Assembly: GCA_001695645.1 (NCBI GenBank) | Contig: LVZN01000001.1 | Span: forward strand, 210,001 to 242,000 | Origin: Erysipelotrichaceae bacterium MTC7 | Lineage (GTDB): Bacteria; Bacillota_I; Bacilli_A; Erysipelotrichales; Erysipelotrichaceae | Length of the DNA: 32,000 nt | Direction of reading: 5' to 3' | Shown here: positions 9,537-18,111 of the stretch, one piece after another | Layout: each line of letters begins with the position of its first letter | How positions within the stretch are numbered: position 1 is the first letter of the stretch | Made by a program: the position numbers and the translations under genes | Notes under the pieces: model-generated | The model's input: the letters and a program-made list of their open reading frames with translations, nothing else | Told to the model about the DNA's origin: nothing | The model's database searches: none

Positions 9537-12166
9537 TCGCTCTCCTCCTCTTTTAATTTCCCAACGATATAAATATCTTGATCAACTGGTAACATGTCAC
9601 GGTCATAACCATCCTTACGATTGTGACAAATATCTTGGTATTTACAGTAGTTACAACTGATTGGTTCAATCTGAATTTTAGCTTTGCGCAATTGTTCAAC
9701 GATCCGTTCCAAGTTCGCTATTAACAATTGTTCGACAGCTTCAATGTTGTAGATTTTTGTTGCGGCACTAAAGGTGCCATCTTTTTTACGTCCAATACCA
9801 TCAATAAAACTCTCTGATGCATCCATGACTGGAAAATCAGTTGAGGTTGTCCACCCCACAAACTTCTTACTTTTTTCAAAGTTTTCTTTGCGCTGTTGAT
9901 CATCCTGGCATTCCAATTTTCCACGATTCAGTTTTGCATACTGTGTTCCTTGTTTTCCATTTTGAAAACTGTAGTAATACGCTCCTACTGGACGTCGTGC
10001 AAAGTTTTGATGTGCAACATATAAATACGTAGGCAGTTGTAGTTTGATCCCTTTACGTACATCTTTTAAATCCAATTTTTTGGCACTACTTTTATAATCA
10101 ATCACACTGATAAAATCACGATTCATATCCAAGCGGTCGATGAAACCGCGAAGGTGAACCTTTTCATCACCTACCGGAATCACCGTATCAAAACGATGTT
10201 CAAATTCTGTTGGCATCAATTGGTTGTCTTGCTCAAATGATTCTAAATACGCTAAGTTATCCATCACTGAGCTTAACAATCGTTTTTGACTCATTTGCAG
10301 GCGTGCTCTATCTTGCACATAAAGTTTCGCGAGTGCTTCACTTTCTTTAGCAATTAGCTGACTTACATCATGGACTGATGCACTGGCGTAATCCTTTCCG
10401 AAGGTTCTGGTTAAACTTTCATAAATATAATGCATCAAGGTCCCAGTTGTCGCCGAATCAAATGGACTTTTTGCCTCTTCATAAATGTGCAATCCATGAC
10501 GTAAGAAATATTTATATGGACAGTTGGTATACATTTCAAAGGATGATACTGATCCATGGTAAGCTCCATCTTTTTTAAACAATGCTTCTCCATAGCTTGT
10601 ATCAAGGTTGGTATCCACTGTGTAAGATTTCATGGAAAATGGTAATGGGTATGGTTTTGCAGGCTTATCCATAAAGGTTTCAATTTCAAGTGAAGGTTGT
10701 TGTACTTTACCATCCAAGCCGCTGGTTGCATAAAACACAAGCACATGTTTACTTGTTTGCAAAGAAGCTAAGGCTTGCTTGACATGCATTTCGTAGCGTT
10801 CTTCCAAACTTGGATATGCCGTTTGCTTTACGTAGTTCTCGGAAAACAGACCACTATTTGCCGCAAAACCAGGAAAACAACTTGCACTTGCTCCTAGCAC
10901 AAAGTGATAGTCTGTTTCTTTGAGTGGCTGACTCAAGCTACCAATTTGCATACCCACCATCTCTTTGGTTTGTTTGGTTTGTAAAGCTTCCAAACGTTCC
11001 ATAAACAAGGCAATCGTTTTTTCATTGAGATACGCATATGCGATTTTTATCTCCGTGCGAATCTGACGAATGGTTTGTACATCTTCCAAAGTCTGAAAAC
11101 TACTTTGTTCAACAAGCAAAGCTTCAATGTATAACACCGCTTCTTGCAAGGAACAGGCAAGCAGTTTTTCTAAGGTTTCTTGTACTTCTATTTTCACTTC
11201 ACGTGCATCAAGCTCCAATTGTTTAAAATTAGAACGTGTTTTTTCATCAATGATATGTTTAGTTTCATCAACATGATGTGCAATGTGATCAAAATCATCA
11301 TCCAAAGTCTTATTGAAACTACGTACATAACTGACAAACGCTTCCGCTTTTGAACTAATGAAAACCTCAGTTTCAAAAAGTGCGGCAAGATGTTCACTGT
11401 CTGGTTGTAGATAATAGGCAAGTAAACTCGTAAACGAGAAAATCAACCGATTTTTTTTCTTTACACTTTGAAACGAATGTGGAATTTTGTAGCGATCGAG
11501 TACTTGTTCAAGAAACGGTTGATAGCTTTCATCACACATCGTCAGTTTCGCTTGTTCAGCTGCAATATCATGTTGAATGATGTAACGTGCCACTGCTTCA
11601 CATTCTTCCTTTTTATTTAATACATAGTAAAAACTTTTTTTGGGTTTTACAATCTTTGTCGGTTGGATTGATGCCCCTTTGCTTTGTAAAATGTTGTAAA
11701 CATAGCGATGTCGAGCACTGGCAAAATCATCCATGATCAAAATATGCTTTGCATCTTCGATTTGTTGCAAAGCAAGCATTTGCTCCTTGCTTGCACAGGG
11801 TACTTCTTTCAACGTCAAAATGATGTCTTTCAATTCTTTTAGATAGACATCGCTTTCTTTTAATTGTTCATCCTGTATTCCATAGAAATGTACATCATCC
11901 ACAAAACTAACGACTTCATTTACAAAATCAGTGTTTTCTTTCACACCTGCAAAATAGGTAAGTTCCATATCTTGTAGTTTGACATAACACTGATAGATGT
12001 AGGCATCGTACGTATGCCTAAGCAAACCTGCAAGATAGGTGTCCACACTCATGATGGATAGATTGGCAACTGCGTTGGTTTGTTCAAGCAGTTCACTGCG
12101 TAATTGTTTATGCACATAACTTGGTGCAAGGATGATGGTATGTTCTTGTATTGTTTCAATTCTCAT
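9533..12166 (-). CDS. addB: Helicase-nuclease subunit AddB (RexB-like), compact form
   Basis: C-terminal nuclease motif (GFIDRLD...VIDYKSS) plus Fe-S cysteines (CPYKYF ... CNYCKYQDIC). Located immediately upstream of addA and translationally coupled to it. Confidence 0.85.
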   Translation of the reverse strand: MRIETIQEHTIILAPSYVHKQLRSELLEQTNAVANLSIMSVDTYLAGLLRHTYDAYIYQCYVKLQDMELTYFAGVKENTDFVNEVVSFVDDVHFYGIQDEQLKESDVYLKELKDIILTLKEVPCASKEQMLALQQIEDAKHILIMDDFASARHRYVYNILQSKGASIQPTKIVKPKKSFYYVLNKKEECEAVARYIIQHDIAAEQAKLTMCDESYQPFLEQVLDRYKIPHSFQSVKKKNRLIFSFTSLLAYYLQPDSEHLAALFETEVFISSKAEAFVSYVRSFNKTLDDDFDHIAHHVDETKHIIDEKTRSNFKQLELDAREVKIEVQETLEKLLACSLQEAVLYIEALLVEQSSFQTLEDVQTIRQIRTEIKIAYAYLNEKTIALFMERLEALQTKQTKEMVGMQIGSLSQPLKETDYHFVLGASASCFPGFAANSGLFSENYVKQTAYPSLEERYEMHVKQALASLQTSKHVLVFYATSGLDGKVQQPSLEIETFMDKPAKPYPLPFSMKSYTVDTNLDTSYGEALFKKDGAYHGSVSSFEMYTNCPYKYFLRHGLHIYEEAKSPFDSATTGTLMHYIYESLTRTFGKDYASASVHDVSQLIAKESEALAKLYVQDRARLQMSQKRLLSSVMDNLAYLESFEQDNQLMPTEFEHRFDTVIPVGDEKVHLRGFIDRLDMNRDFISVIDYKSSAKKLDLKDVRKGIKLQLPTYLYVAHQNFARRPVGAYYYSFQNGKQGTQYAKLNRGKLECQDDQQRKENFEKSKKFVGWTTSTDFPVMDASESFIDGIGRKKDGTFSAATKIYNIEAVEQLLIANLERIVEQLRKAKIQIEPISCNYCKYQDICHNRKDGYDRDMLPVDQDIYIVGKLKEEESE

Positions 12167-12202
12167 ACCCGTATTATACTATGTTTTTTGAAAAGCCTTG
12201 CA

Positions 12203-12246
12203 CAAAAAAAACGACAGTGGATACTTTTTTTATCCATTCTGTCGTT
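12203..12246 (-). terminator. Rho-independent terminator after niaR
   Basis: Stem ACGACAG (12211-12217) pairs with CTGTCGT (12239-12245), with an inner GGATA/TATCC pairing. It is followed on the minus strand by T7 (12210-12204). Confidence 0.75.
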
Positions 12247-12253
12247 ATCATGC

Positions 12254-12784
12254 TTATTCATATAAATAATGATGTTCACGAAGTACTTTTTTAATGCGTT
12301 CATAGGTTTCAACATTTGCACATTGTATCGTATGAAGATGAATCCCATCGTTTAGCTCACTTAAGTTTTTCGCACCCAGAGCATGGCTTTTTTCCACAAA
12401 TTCATCAATGTCATAACGCGAGTGAATATCTAAATTACCCACAAGTTCACCATAGAGTGGATGATCCACAATGACATTTAAAACTACGCCACCATTGTCC
12501 ACAATCAAACCAAGTTCATCTGCCGTTTCATGTCCTTCATGCTTACAAGCAATGGTATAGGTTTCATCTGGATCATGTAAATACAAATAGCCTTTCACAC
12601 TGGCAACGATTGGTTCTTGCTGTGCTTTTAAGATGGCAACATCCCCAACAACGATTTGTCTAGAAACACCATATTTGTTCGCCAGCTTTGTAGCATTGAG
12701 TGGTTCTTTTGCATATTTTAAATCATGTAGAATCGCTTGCCTTCTTTGATTGGTTAAATTATCTTTCTTCACTTTGTGGTCCAT
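12254..12784 (-). CDS. niaR: NiaR (YrxA) transcriptional repressor of NAD metabolism (HTH plus 3H domain)
   Basis: RRQAILHDL...ATKLANKYGVSRQIVVGDVAILKA, followed by a His-rich 3H-type domain (CKHEGHE...VIVDHPLYGE...IHLHTI). Start set at ATG 12784 (SD GGGAGA), not track start 12835, which would overlap the upstream gene. Confidence 0.8.
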   Translation of the reverse strand: MDHKVKKDNLTNQRRQAILHDLKYAKEPLNATKLANKYGVSRQIVVGDVAILKAQQEPIVASVKGYLYLHDPDETYTIACKHEGHETADELGLIVDNGGVVLNVIVDHPLYGELVGNLDIHSRYDIDEFVEKSHALGAKNLSELNDGIHLHTIQCANVETYERIKKVLREHHYLYE

Positions 12785-12794
12785 ATACTTCTCC

Positions 12795-14528
12795 CTATCT
12801 AAATTGCATTTCGTATAGTTTCGCGTATTCTCCATTTTTTGCTAGAAGTTCATCATGACTACCAACTTCATCAATTCCAGTTTCACCAAGAACAACAATC
12901 CGTTGTGCATTTTTGATCGTTGATAAACGGTGCGCAATCACAAATGTTGTTCGGTTTTTTGCCAGTTGTTCAAGTGATTCTTGTACAACTTTTTCACTTT
13001 CATTATCCAAAGCACTTGTTGCTTCATCAAAAATTAAGATTGCTGGGTTTTTAAGGAATACACGCGCGATTGAGATTCTTTGTTTTTGACCACCAGAGAG
13101 TTTCACTCCACGTGATCCGATATCTGTATCATAACCGTTTTCTAGTTCCAAAATAAAGTCATGTGCATTGGCTTGTTTTGCAGCACGTATAATATCTTCT
13201 TCACTGGCATTTGGATTTCCATAGGCAATGTTATCCATAATGGTTCCCGCAAACAAGTACACATCTTGTTGCACCACCCCAATGTTGTTTCTAAGTGATG
13301 CTAGTGTAACTTCACGATTTGAAATGCCATCGATGGTAATCGTTCCATCACTTAACTCATAAAAGCGAGGGATTAAGGAACACATCGTGGTTTTACCGGC
13401 TCCACTTTGTCCAACCAAGGCAATGTACTCTCCAGCTTGTACTTGTAAGTTTACATCGCGTAAGACATACTCGCTTTTTTCATTGTAACGGAAATAGACG
13501 TGTTCAAAGTTCACATCACCTTTGACATCTTGCAAAGCAACCGCATTTGGTGCATCTGCAATGTCTGGGTGAATTTCCAACAATTCCATAAAGCGTTCAA
13601 ATCCACTAATCCCATCTTGGAAGGTTTCCGTAAAGTTGATCAAACGTTTGATGGGATCTGTTAAATTTGAAATATACAACAAGTATGCAATTAAATCTCC
13701 GGCATTCATTTGTCCAATGCTAATAAAATATGCACCACCAATAATGATGATCACACTCAACATAGAAATAAACGCACCAATTCCTGCATGGAAACGACCC
13801 ATCTTATGATAGGAATTACGTTTTGTGTCAATCCACAAACTGTTTTCATGAGAGAAGCGGTTCATTTCAGCTTCTTCATTGGCAAAACTTTTTACCACAC
13901 GAATCCCTGAAAGACTGTCTTCAATTCTCGCGTTGATATCACCAATTTTTTGACGGTTGGCTTTAAACGCTTTTTTCATTTGCTTGTTGTAGTACACTGC
14001 AAAAACAATCATAAAGGGAATAATGGCAAACATGATTAAGGTTAAAGGAACATGAATCGCAATTAAAATAACAAATGCTCCAACGATTCTAATAAAGGAA
14101 ATAACAATATCCTCAGGGCCATGGTGATACAATTCTGTTAATGAGAACAAGTCATTGGTTAAACGTGTCATCAACTGCCCTACTTTTTGATCGTCATAAA
14201 AACTAAAACTTAGTTTTTGGTAATGTTGGAACAATTCATTTCGCATATCCGCTTCCATAAACGCACCCATCACATGTCCTCGATACGCTACATAGTAGTT
14301 ACACACATATTCAATGATGACTAAGACAATAAAGACACCAGCAAACAAGGCAATGGTATCCATGGCAATTTGGCCACCACTACCAAGCACATCATTGGCA
14401 ACATAACGCGTCATCAATGGGAATGCTAACGTAACTGCACTAGCCACAAAGGCACAAAACATATCGGTAAAAAATATCTTTTTATACGGTTTATAATATG
14501 ATAGAAATTTCTTCATTCTTTTTGACAT
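12795..14528 (-). CDS. ABC transporter, fused permease/ATPase of the exporter fold (MsbA/MdlB-like half-transporter)
   Basis: Six-TM N-terminal domain, Walker A GQSGAGKTT, signature LSGGQKQRISIAR, Walker B LIFDEATSALD. Start set at ATG 14528 (SD GGAGG 5 nt upstream). Confidence 0.85.
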   Translation of the reverse strand: MSKRMKKFLSYYKPYKKIFFTDMFCAFVASAVTLAFPLMTRYVANDVLGSGGQIAMDTIALFAGVFIVLVIIEYVCNYYVAYRGHVMGAFMEADMRNELFQHYQKLSFSFYDDQKVGQLMTRLTNDLFSLTELYHHGPEDIVISFIRIVGAFVILIAIHVPLTLIMFAIIPFMIVFAVYYNKQMKKAFKANRQKIGDINARIEDSLSGIRVVKSFANEEAEMNRFSHENSLWIDTKRNSYHKMGRFHAGIGAFISMLSVIIIIGGAYFISIGQMNAGDLIAYLLYISNLTDPIKRLINFTETFQDGISGFERFMELLEIHPDIADAPNAVALQDVKGDVNFEHVYFRYNEKSEYVLRDVNLQVQAGEYIALVGQSGAGKTTMCSLIPRFYELSDGTITIDGISNREVTLASLRNNIGVVQQDVYLFAGTIMDNIAYGNPNASEEDIIRAAKQANAHDFILELENGYDTDIGSRGVKLSGGQKQRISIARVFLKNPAILIFDEATSALDNESEKVVQESLEQLAKNRTTFVIAHRLSTIKNAQRIVVLGETGIDEVGSHDELLAKNGEYAKLYEMQFR

Positions 14529-14549
14529 AACATCCTCCAAACTCCAAAC

Positions 14550-14578
14550 ATTATAGCATAGAAAGGGCGTTTCAAAAA
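14550..14578 (-). promoter_or_regulatory. Candidate extended -10 promoter of the ABC-niaR operon
   Basis: The minus strand reads TGCTATAAT (14558-14550). The -35 (TTTTTG) is weak. The 5'UTR would be about 15 nt. Confidence 0.45.
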
Positions 14579-14596
14579 ATCAACTACCCTGATAAT

Positions 14597-14632
14597 AAAA
14601 AAATAAAGAGCCGCCGAGCTCTTTACTTTTTT
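14597..14632. terminator. Orphan bidirectional terminator-like hairpin in a divergent intergenic region
   Basis: TAAAGAGC (14604-14611) pairs with GCTCTTTA (14618-14625) with a 6-nt loop. It is flanked by A7 (14597-14603) and T6 (14627-14632). No annotated gene ends here. Confidence 0.5.
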
Positions 14633-14869
14633 AAATTATTTAAAAGGGAGAATATAATGAAGTATCTAGGATTATGTTGATACTTCAACAAACGGGTGTA
14701 ACGTTTGTATACTCATATAATACAGTCGTCAAGTGGGTACAATATCAATTTTTTATGGAAATTTGTGTGAAGATAATGAAAAATTGTTGCAGATTGATGT
14801 CAATTGTTAAGAAATTGTTAAAATCGGTTTAAAATTCGGTAAAAATGGTAGGAATTAGAATAATAGTTA

Positions 14870-14878
14870 TGTTATTAT
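14870..14878 (+). promoter_or_regulatory. Candidate extended -10 element proximal to spx
   Basis: TGtTATTAT at 14870-14878, about 36 nt upstream of ATG 14914. It is preceded by phased A-tracts (14780-14850). Confidence 0.3.
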
Positions 14879-14913
14879 AAGTGTAGGGAAAAGGAAAGGA
14901 GTAATAGGAAGAT

Positions 14914-15291
14914 ATGATTTTAATGTACACATCTTTTGGTTGTACAAGTGCAATCAAAGCGAAGACTTGGTTGAAGGAGAACAATTTGAATTTCGTGGAA
15001 AAGAATATTCAAAGTACACTCTTAAACAAGGAAGAGATTAAGTATTTGCTGCAAAGATGCCCGAATGGAACTGATGACATCATCTCTACCCGTTCGAAAG
15101 CATTTAAAACATTAGGAAAGGACATCGATGATTTAACAGTCAACGACTTAGTAAACTTTATTCAAGAGAATCCTACCGTCTTAAAAAGACCAATTCTACT
15201 TGATCACGACAGTTTCGTAGTTGGATTTGACAATGACGAAATCACTGCATTCATTCCAAGTGAAACACGTAACGTGTTTGGTGATGAGTAA
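14914..15291 (+). CDS. spx: Spx/ArsC-family global regulator homologue with CXXA instead of CXXC
   Basis: It aligns by eye along its whole length with Bacillus Spx (MxxxYTSxxCTS...GTDDIISTRSKAFK...LKRPIL). The codon for residue 13 is GCA (14950-14952). Confidence 0.85.
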   Translation: MILMYTSFGCTSAIKAKTWLKENNLNFVEKNIQSTLLNKEEIKYLLQRCPNGTDDIISTRSKAFKTLGKDIDDLTVNDLVNFIQENPTVLKRPILLDHDSFVVGFDNDEITAFIPSETRNVFGDE

Positions 15292-15311
15292 GCAACTGAA
15301 CATCTATTCAT

Positions 15312-15340
15312 AAAAGGATTCTCAATCGAGAATCCTTTTT
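15312..15340. terminator. Bidirectional terminator between spx and the convergent CNNM operon
   Basis: AAAAGGATTCTC (15312-15323) pairs with GAGAATCCTTTT (15328-15339) with a 4-nt loop. Confidence 0.8.
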
Positions 15341-15346
15341 CATATG

Positions 15347-15619
15347 TTATAAAACTAACCAAAGTAAGACAATCATGATGACAATGATCACTCCCAAGAA
15401 TCCGTTGGCAAATGCAGCTAGTTTATGATGCTCATCGTATGCACTATATGCATCTATAAACAAAGTGATAGCTAAAGCGATCGAAGCCAAACTCATCCCA
15501 ATGTTCCAATCAAACAGGCCAAGAATTCTTGAGATGATAATCACGAATCCAGCAAACGCATAGAAATACACTTTCAACTGCTGCATTTTTGATAATTCAC
15601 GCTCTTGTGTATGTTCCAT
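15347..15619 (-). CDS. Small integral membrane protein (about 90 aa, 3 predicted TM), function unknown
   Basis: Start set at ATG 15619 (SD AAGGAG 5 nt upstream). The track start 15640 is a GTG overlapping the upstream stop. The sequence is hydrophobic throughout. Confidence 0.55.
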   Translation of the reverse strand: MEHTQERELSKMQQLKVYFYAFAGFVIIISRILGLFDWNIGMSLASIALAITLFIDAYSAYDEHHKLAAFANGFLGVIIVIMIVLLWLVL

Positions 15620-15639
15620 AGAGTCTCCTTTTTTAGTCA

Positions 15640-16971
15640 CTAGTTATCCTCTTCATTCACTTCTTCTTGGTCATCATCCATTTTTTCAACACGCGCTTGT
15701 TTGATGACTTTTTCATCCACTTGTGTAATCGTGAAGCGATATCCAGAATAATCAATGTAGGCATTATCACCAACGTGTGGTAAACGTTCCAACTTTGATA
15801 CCAAGAATCCATTTAAGGTATCGTATTCATCAATTGGCAATTGGATCTTTAAGATTTTTTCTACTTCATCTAGTTCAATTGAACCTTCCATCAAATAGGT
15901 GTGATCACCAATCTTACGGTATTCAACAGGAATTTCATCATATTCATCAAACACTTCTCCGACGATTTCTTCAATTAAATCTTCCATGGTCACAATACCT
16001 GCAGTTCCCCCGTATTCATCAATGACAATCGCCATGTGTTTGTGTTGTTTTTTTAAATCGTAAAACAGTTTATCAATCGCTAATGAATCTGGCACAAACA
16101 GTGGTTGTTGAATGATCTTTTGTAAATCAAAGTCTTTCGCATCTTTGTTTTCATAAATATAACGTAATAGGTCTTTGGCATGAAGGATGCCAACAACATC
16201 ATCTAAGGTTTCATCGTAGACCGGAATTCTTGTATAACGTGAACTTTTGCTGTAGTCCATCACTTCTTCATAAGATGCATGTACTTCCAAACCTTCCACA
16301 TCCACGCGATGGGTCATAACTTCATTTACCTCTGTATCGTTAAACTCAAAGATGTTGTCAATCATCTCGCGTTCTGAGACATTGATTTCTCCTTCTTCTG
16401 AGCTGGTTGCAACCATCAAACGAATTTCTTCCTCACTAATTAAATCATCATTCTTATTTGGGTCAATACGCAAAAGACGCAACACTCCGTTTGTACAAAA
16501 CGATAAGATGTACACAAACGGTAAAAACAACTTGTAGAGTATATTAATTGGCATTGCTACAGCGTTGGCAAACTTTGTTGGATTTGCCATCGCGATACGC
16601 TTTGGCACAAGTTCCCCAAAGATCAGTGTCAAAAATGACAATAGAATCGTGATTAAAGCCATGGAAATGCTACGCATCGCACTGACATGGATCGAAAGCC
16701 CTAGGCTTTGCATCAATTCAACTAAGTTATCAGCAAACGCATCAGAAGCTAAAGCCGAGTTTAAAAACCCTGAAAGCGTAACTCCAACTTGGATCACTGA
16801 CAATAAGCGATTGGGTACATTTACCAGTCGATATAAAATCGTTGATTTGCGATTGCCTTCTTCCGATTCAAGTTTTAATTTCTTTTTATTTAAGGAAATT
16901 AAAGCAATTTCACTACCTGAAAAAAAGGCATTGATCAACACTAAAACAATAAGAATAATTACGTTTATCAT
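15640..16971 (-). CDS. CNNM/CorC/TlyC-family protein (DUF21 TM domain, CBS pair, CorC_HlyC domain); putative Mg2+/Co2+ efflux or 'hemolysin' family
   Basis: Architecture recognised from the sequence: an N-terminal 4-TM region with GELVPKR, a CBS-pair region, and a C-terminal transporter-associated domain. Confidence 0.8.
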   Translation of the reverse strand: MINVIILIVLVLINAFFSGSEIALISLNKKKLKLESEEGNRKSTILYRLVNVPNRLLSVIQVGVTLSGFLNSALASDAFADNLVELMQSLGLSIHVSAMRSISMALITILLSFLTLIFGELVPKRIAMANPTKFANAVAMPINILYKLFLPFVYILSFCTNGVLRLLRIDPNKNDDLISEEEIRLMVATSSEEGEINVSEREMIDNIFEFNDTEVNEVMTHRVDVEGLEVHASYEEVMDYSKSSRYTRIPVYDETLDDVVGILHAKDLLRYIYENKDAKDFDLQKIIQQPLFVPDSLAIDKLFYDLKKQHKHMAIVIDEYGGTAGIVTMEDLIEEIVGEVFDEYDEIPVEYRKIGDHTYLMEGSIELDEVEKILKIQLPIDEYDTLNGFLVSKLERLPHVGDNAYIDYSGYRFTITQVDEKVIKQARVEKMDDDQEEVNEEDN

Positions 16972-17002
16972 TCGGACCTACTTTCTTAAGAAAATTGTAA
17001 GG

Positions 17003-17031
17003 ATTATACATGGATAAGTCAAGAATATCAC
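17003..17031 (-). promoter_or_regulatory. Candidate promoter of the CNNM operon
   Basis: On the minus strand: GTGATA (17031-17026), a 17-nt spacer, then TATAAT (17008-17003). Confidence 0.35.
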
Positions 17032-17037
17032 TTCAAT

Positions 17038-17868
17038 CTAACGAAGTTTCATCCCCTTTTTAAAATTGGAAATCATCTCTCCTGTAAGCGAGTCTTTGGA
17101 GAAGTTATCACCGATGGCATCTGCTTTTAACCACTGTGCAAGAGCAAGTTCATCTTCATCTAAAGTAATGTTAGTACTTCCATCGACTTCTGTATAAAAT
17201 CCCATTAGGATAGACTCACTAACACCCCATGGTTGGCTTTTGTAATAGCGGAGATTTTTGATGTTTAGACCCACTTCTTCTTTAACTTCACGCGCACACG
17301 CTTCTTCAATGGTCTCCCCGATTTCCACAAAACCTGCAATCAAAGCATACCGTGTATAGTCACGCCCCGCATATTTTGTTAGTAGAAGTTCATCTTCGTG
17401 TATGATACCAACGATAATTGCCGGATTGATGCGTGGATACTCGATGTTTCCACACACATCACACAATAAGGCGCGCTCGCTAGTTGCAGGATGAAACTGA
17501 CTTCCACAATGTCCACAATAGCGATATTGTCGATACCACTGTGCCAAATGATACGTCGTGCTAGCAGCATAACTAGTCACTTGTGAACTATGAGCCATAA
17601 ACTTACGTAAAGGCGTGTAGGCTAGCTTACAGGGCGTCCAGTCTAGGGCGATAAAGACATCTTTACTAGCAATGGCAAATCCATAAACAAGTACACCCAA
17701 ATGGATTTGTAAATCACATAGTTCTTTGTACGTATAAAATGTATATTGGCTGCCTTCTTGTCTTGCGAGAATGCCTTGCTTGCTAACTTGTACCACATAT
17801 GCATCGTCATGGACTTGTTTATCCAAATAACGATTGTCCAATATATCTGGTGAAATATCTTGTAACAT
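17038..17868 (-). CDS. nudC: NADH pyrophosphatase / NAD-cap decapping Nudix hydrolase NudC
   Basis: Zinc ribbon CGHCG...CDVCG, followed by the Nudix box GFVEIGETIEEACAREVKEEVGL and SQPW. The start is ambiguous: ATG 17868 (AGGAGG 3 nt upstream) is preferred over GTG 17883. Confidence 0.8.
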   Translation of the reverse strand: MLQDISPDILDNRYLDKQVHDDAYVVQVSKQGILARQEGSQYTFYTYKELCDLQIHLGVLVYGFAIASKDVFIALDWTPCKLAYTPLRKFMAHSSQVTSYAASTTYHLAQWYRQYRYCGHCGSQFHPATSERALLCDVCGNIEYPRINPAIIVGIIHEDELLLTKYAGRDYTRYALIAGFVEIGETIEEACAREVKEEVGLNIKNLRYYKSQPWGVSESILMGFYTEVDGSTNITLDEDELALAQWLKADAIGDNFSKDSLTGEMISNFKKGMKLR

Positions 17869-18111
17869 AATCCTCCTATCCACACTCCTATCCTTTTCTT
17901 CCAGAAAATCTTATGTTTTTACCATACTTTTCTTTTTTCATTCATATGAAGTGTAAGTCTTAATAATTATGATATGATAATAATACCACTTTATATAGGA
18001 GAGTGGATAGAACTTCTATGATATTGAATATTAAAATATTCCCTCAATGTTTTCTTATAATTAATGATTTTACACAATTAATATTCATAACCCCTACATA
18101 GAAGTAAAGCA

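Noticed and set aside
12785-12835. N-terminal extensions offered by the ORF track (3156, 12835, 14540, 15640, 19143, 23595, 1155, 2353).
   Set aside because: In each case a downstream ATG has a properly spaced SD and matches the family N-terminus. The extension overlaps the upstream gene or lacks an SD.
14783-14850. Short direct repeats (AATTGTT x3, AAAAT(Y)GGT x3) considered as a CRISPR-like or iteron array.
   Set aside because: The units are only 7-10 bp with no unique spacers. Their spacing matches the helical repeat, so A-tract curvature or an UP element is the simpler reading. There are no cas or rep genes nearby.
12254-17868. niaR and nudC lying within 5 kb, considered as a dedicated NAD-turnover island.
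   Set aside because: They are separated by unrelated transcription units (spx, CNNM) with their own promoters and terminators. Proximity alone is not evidence of a functional cluster.
18018-18101. A 27-codon + strand ORF (MILNIKIFPQCFLIINDFTQLIFITPT) in the nudC upstream region, ending before the 18112 hairpin.
   Set aside because: The nearest SD-like sequence (TAGGAGAG) is about 14 nt from the ATG. In AT-rich intergenic DNA this is likely chance.
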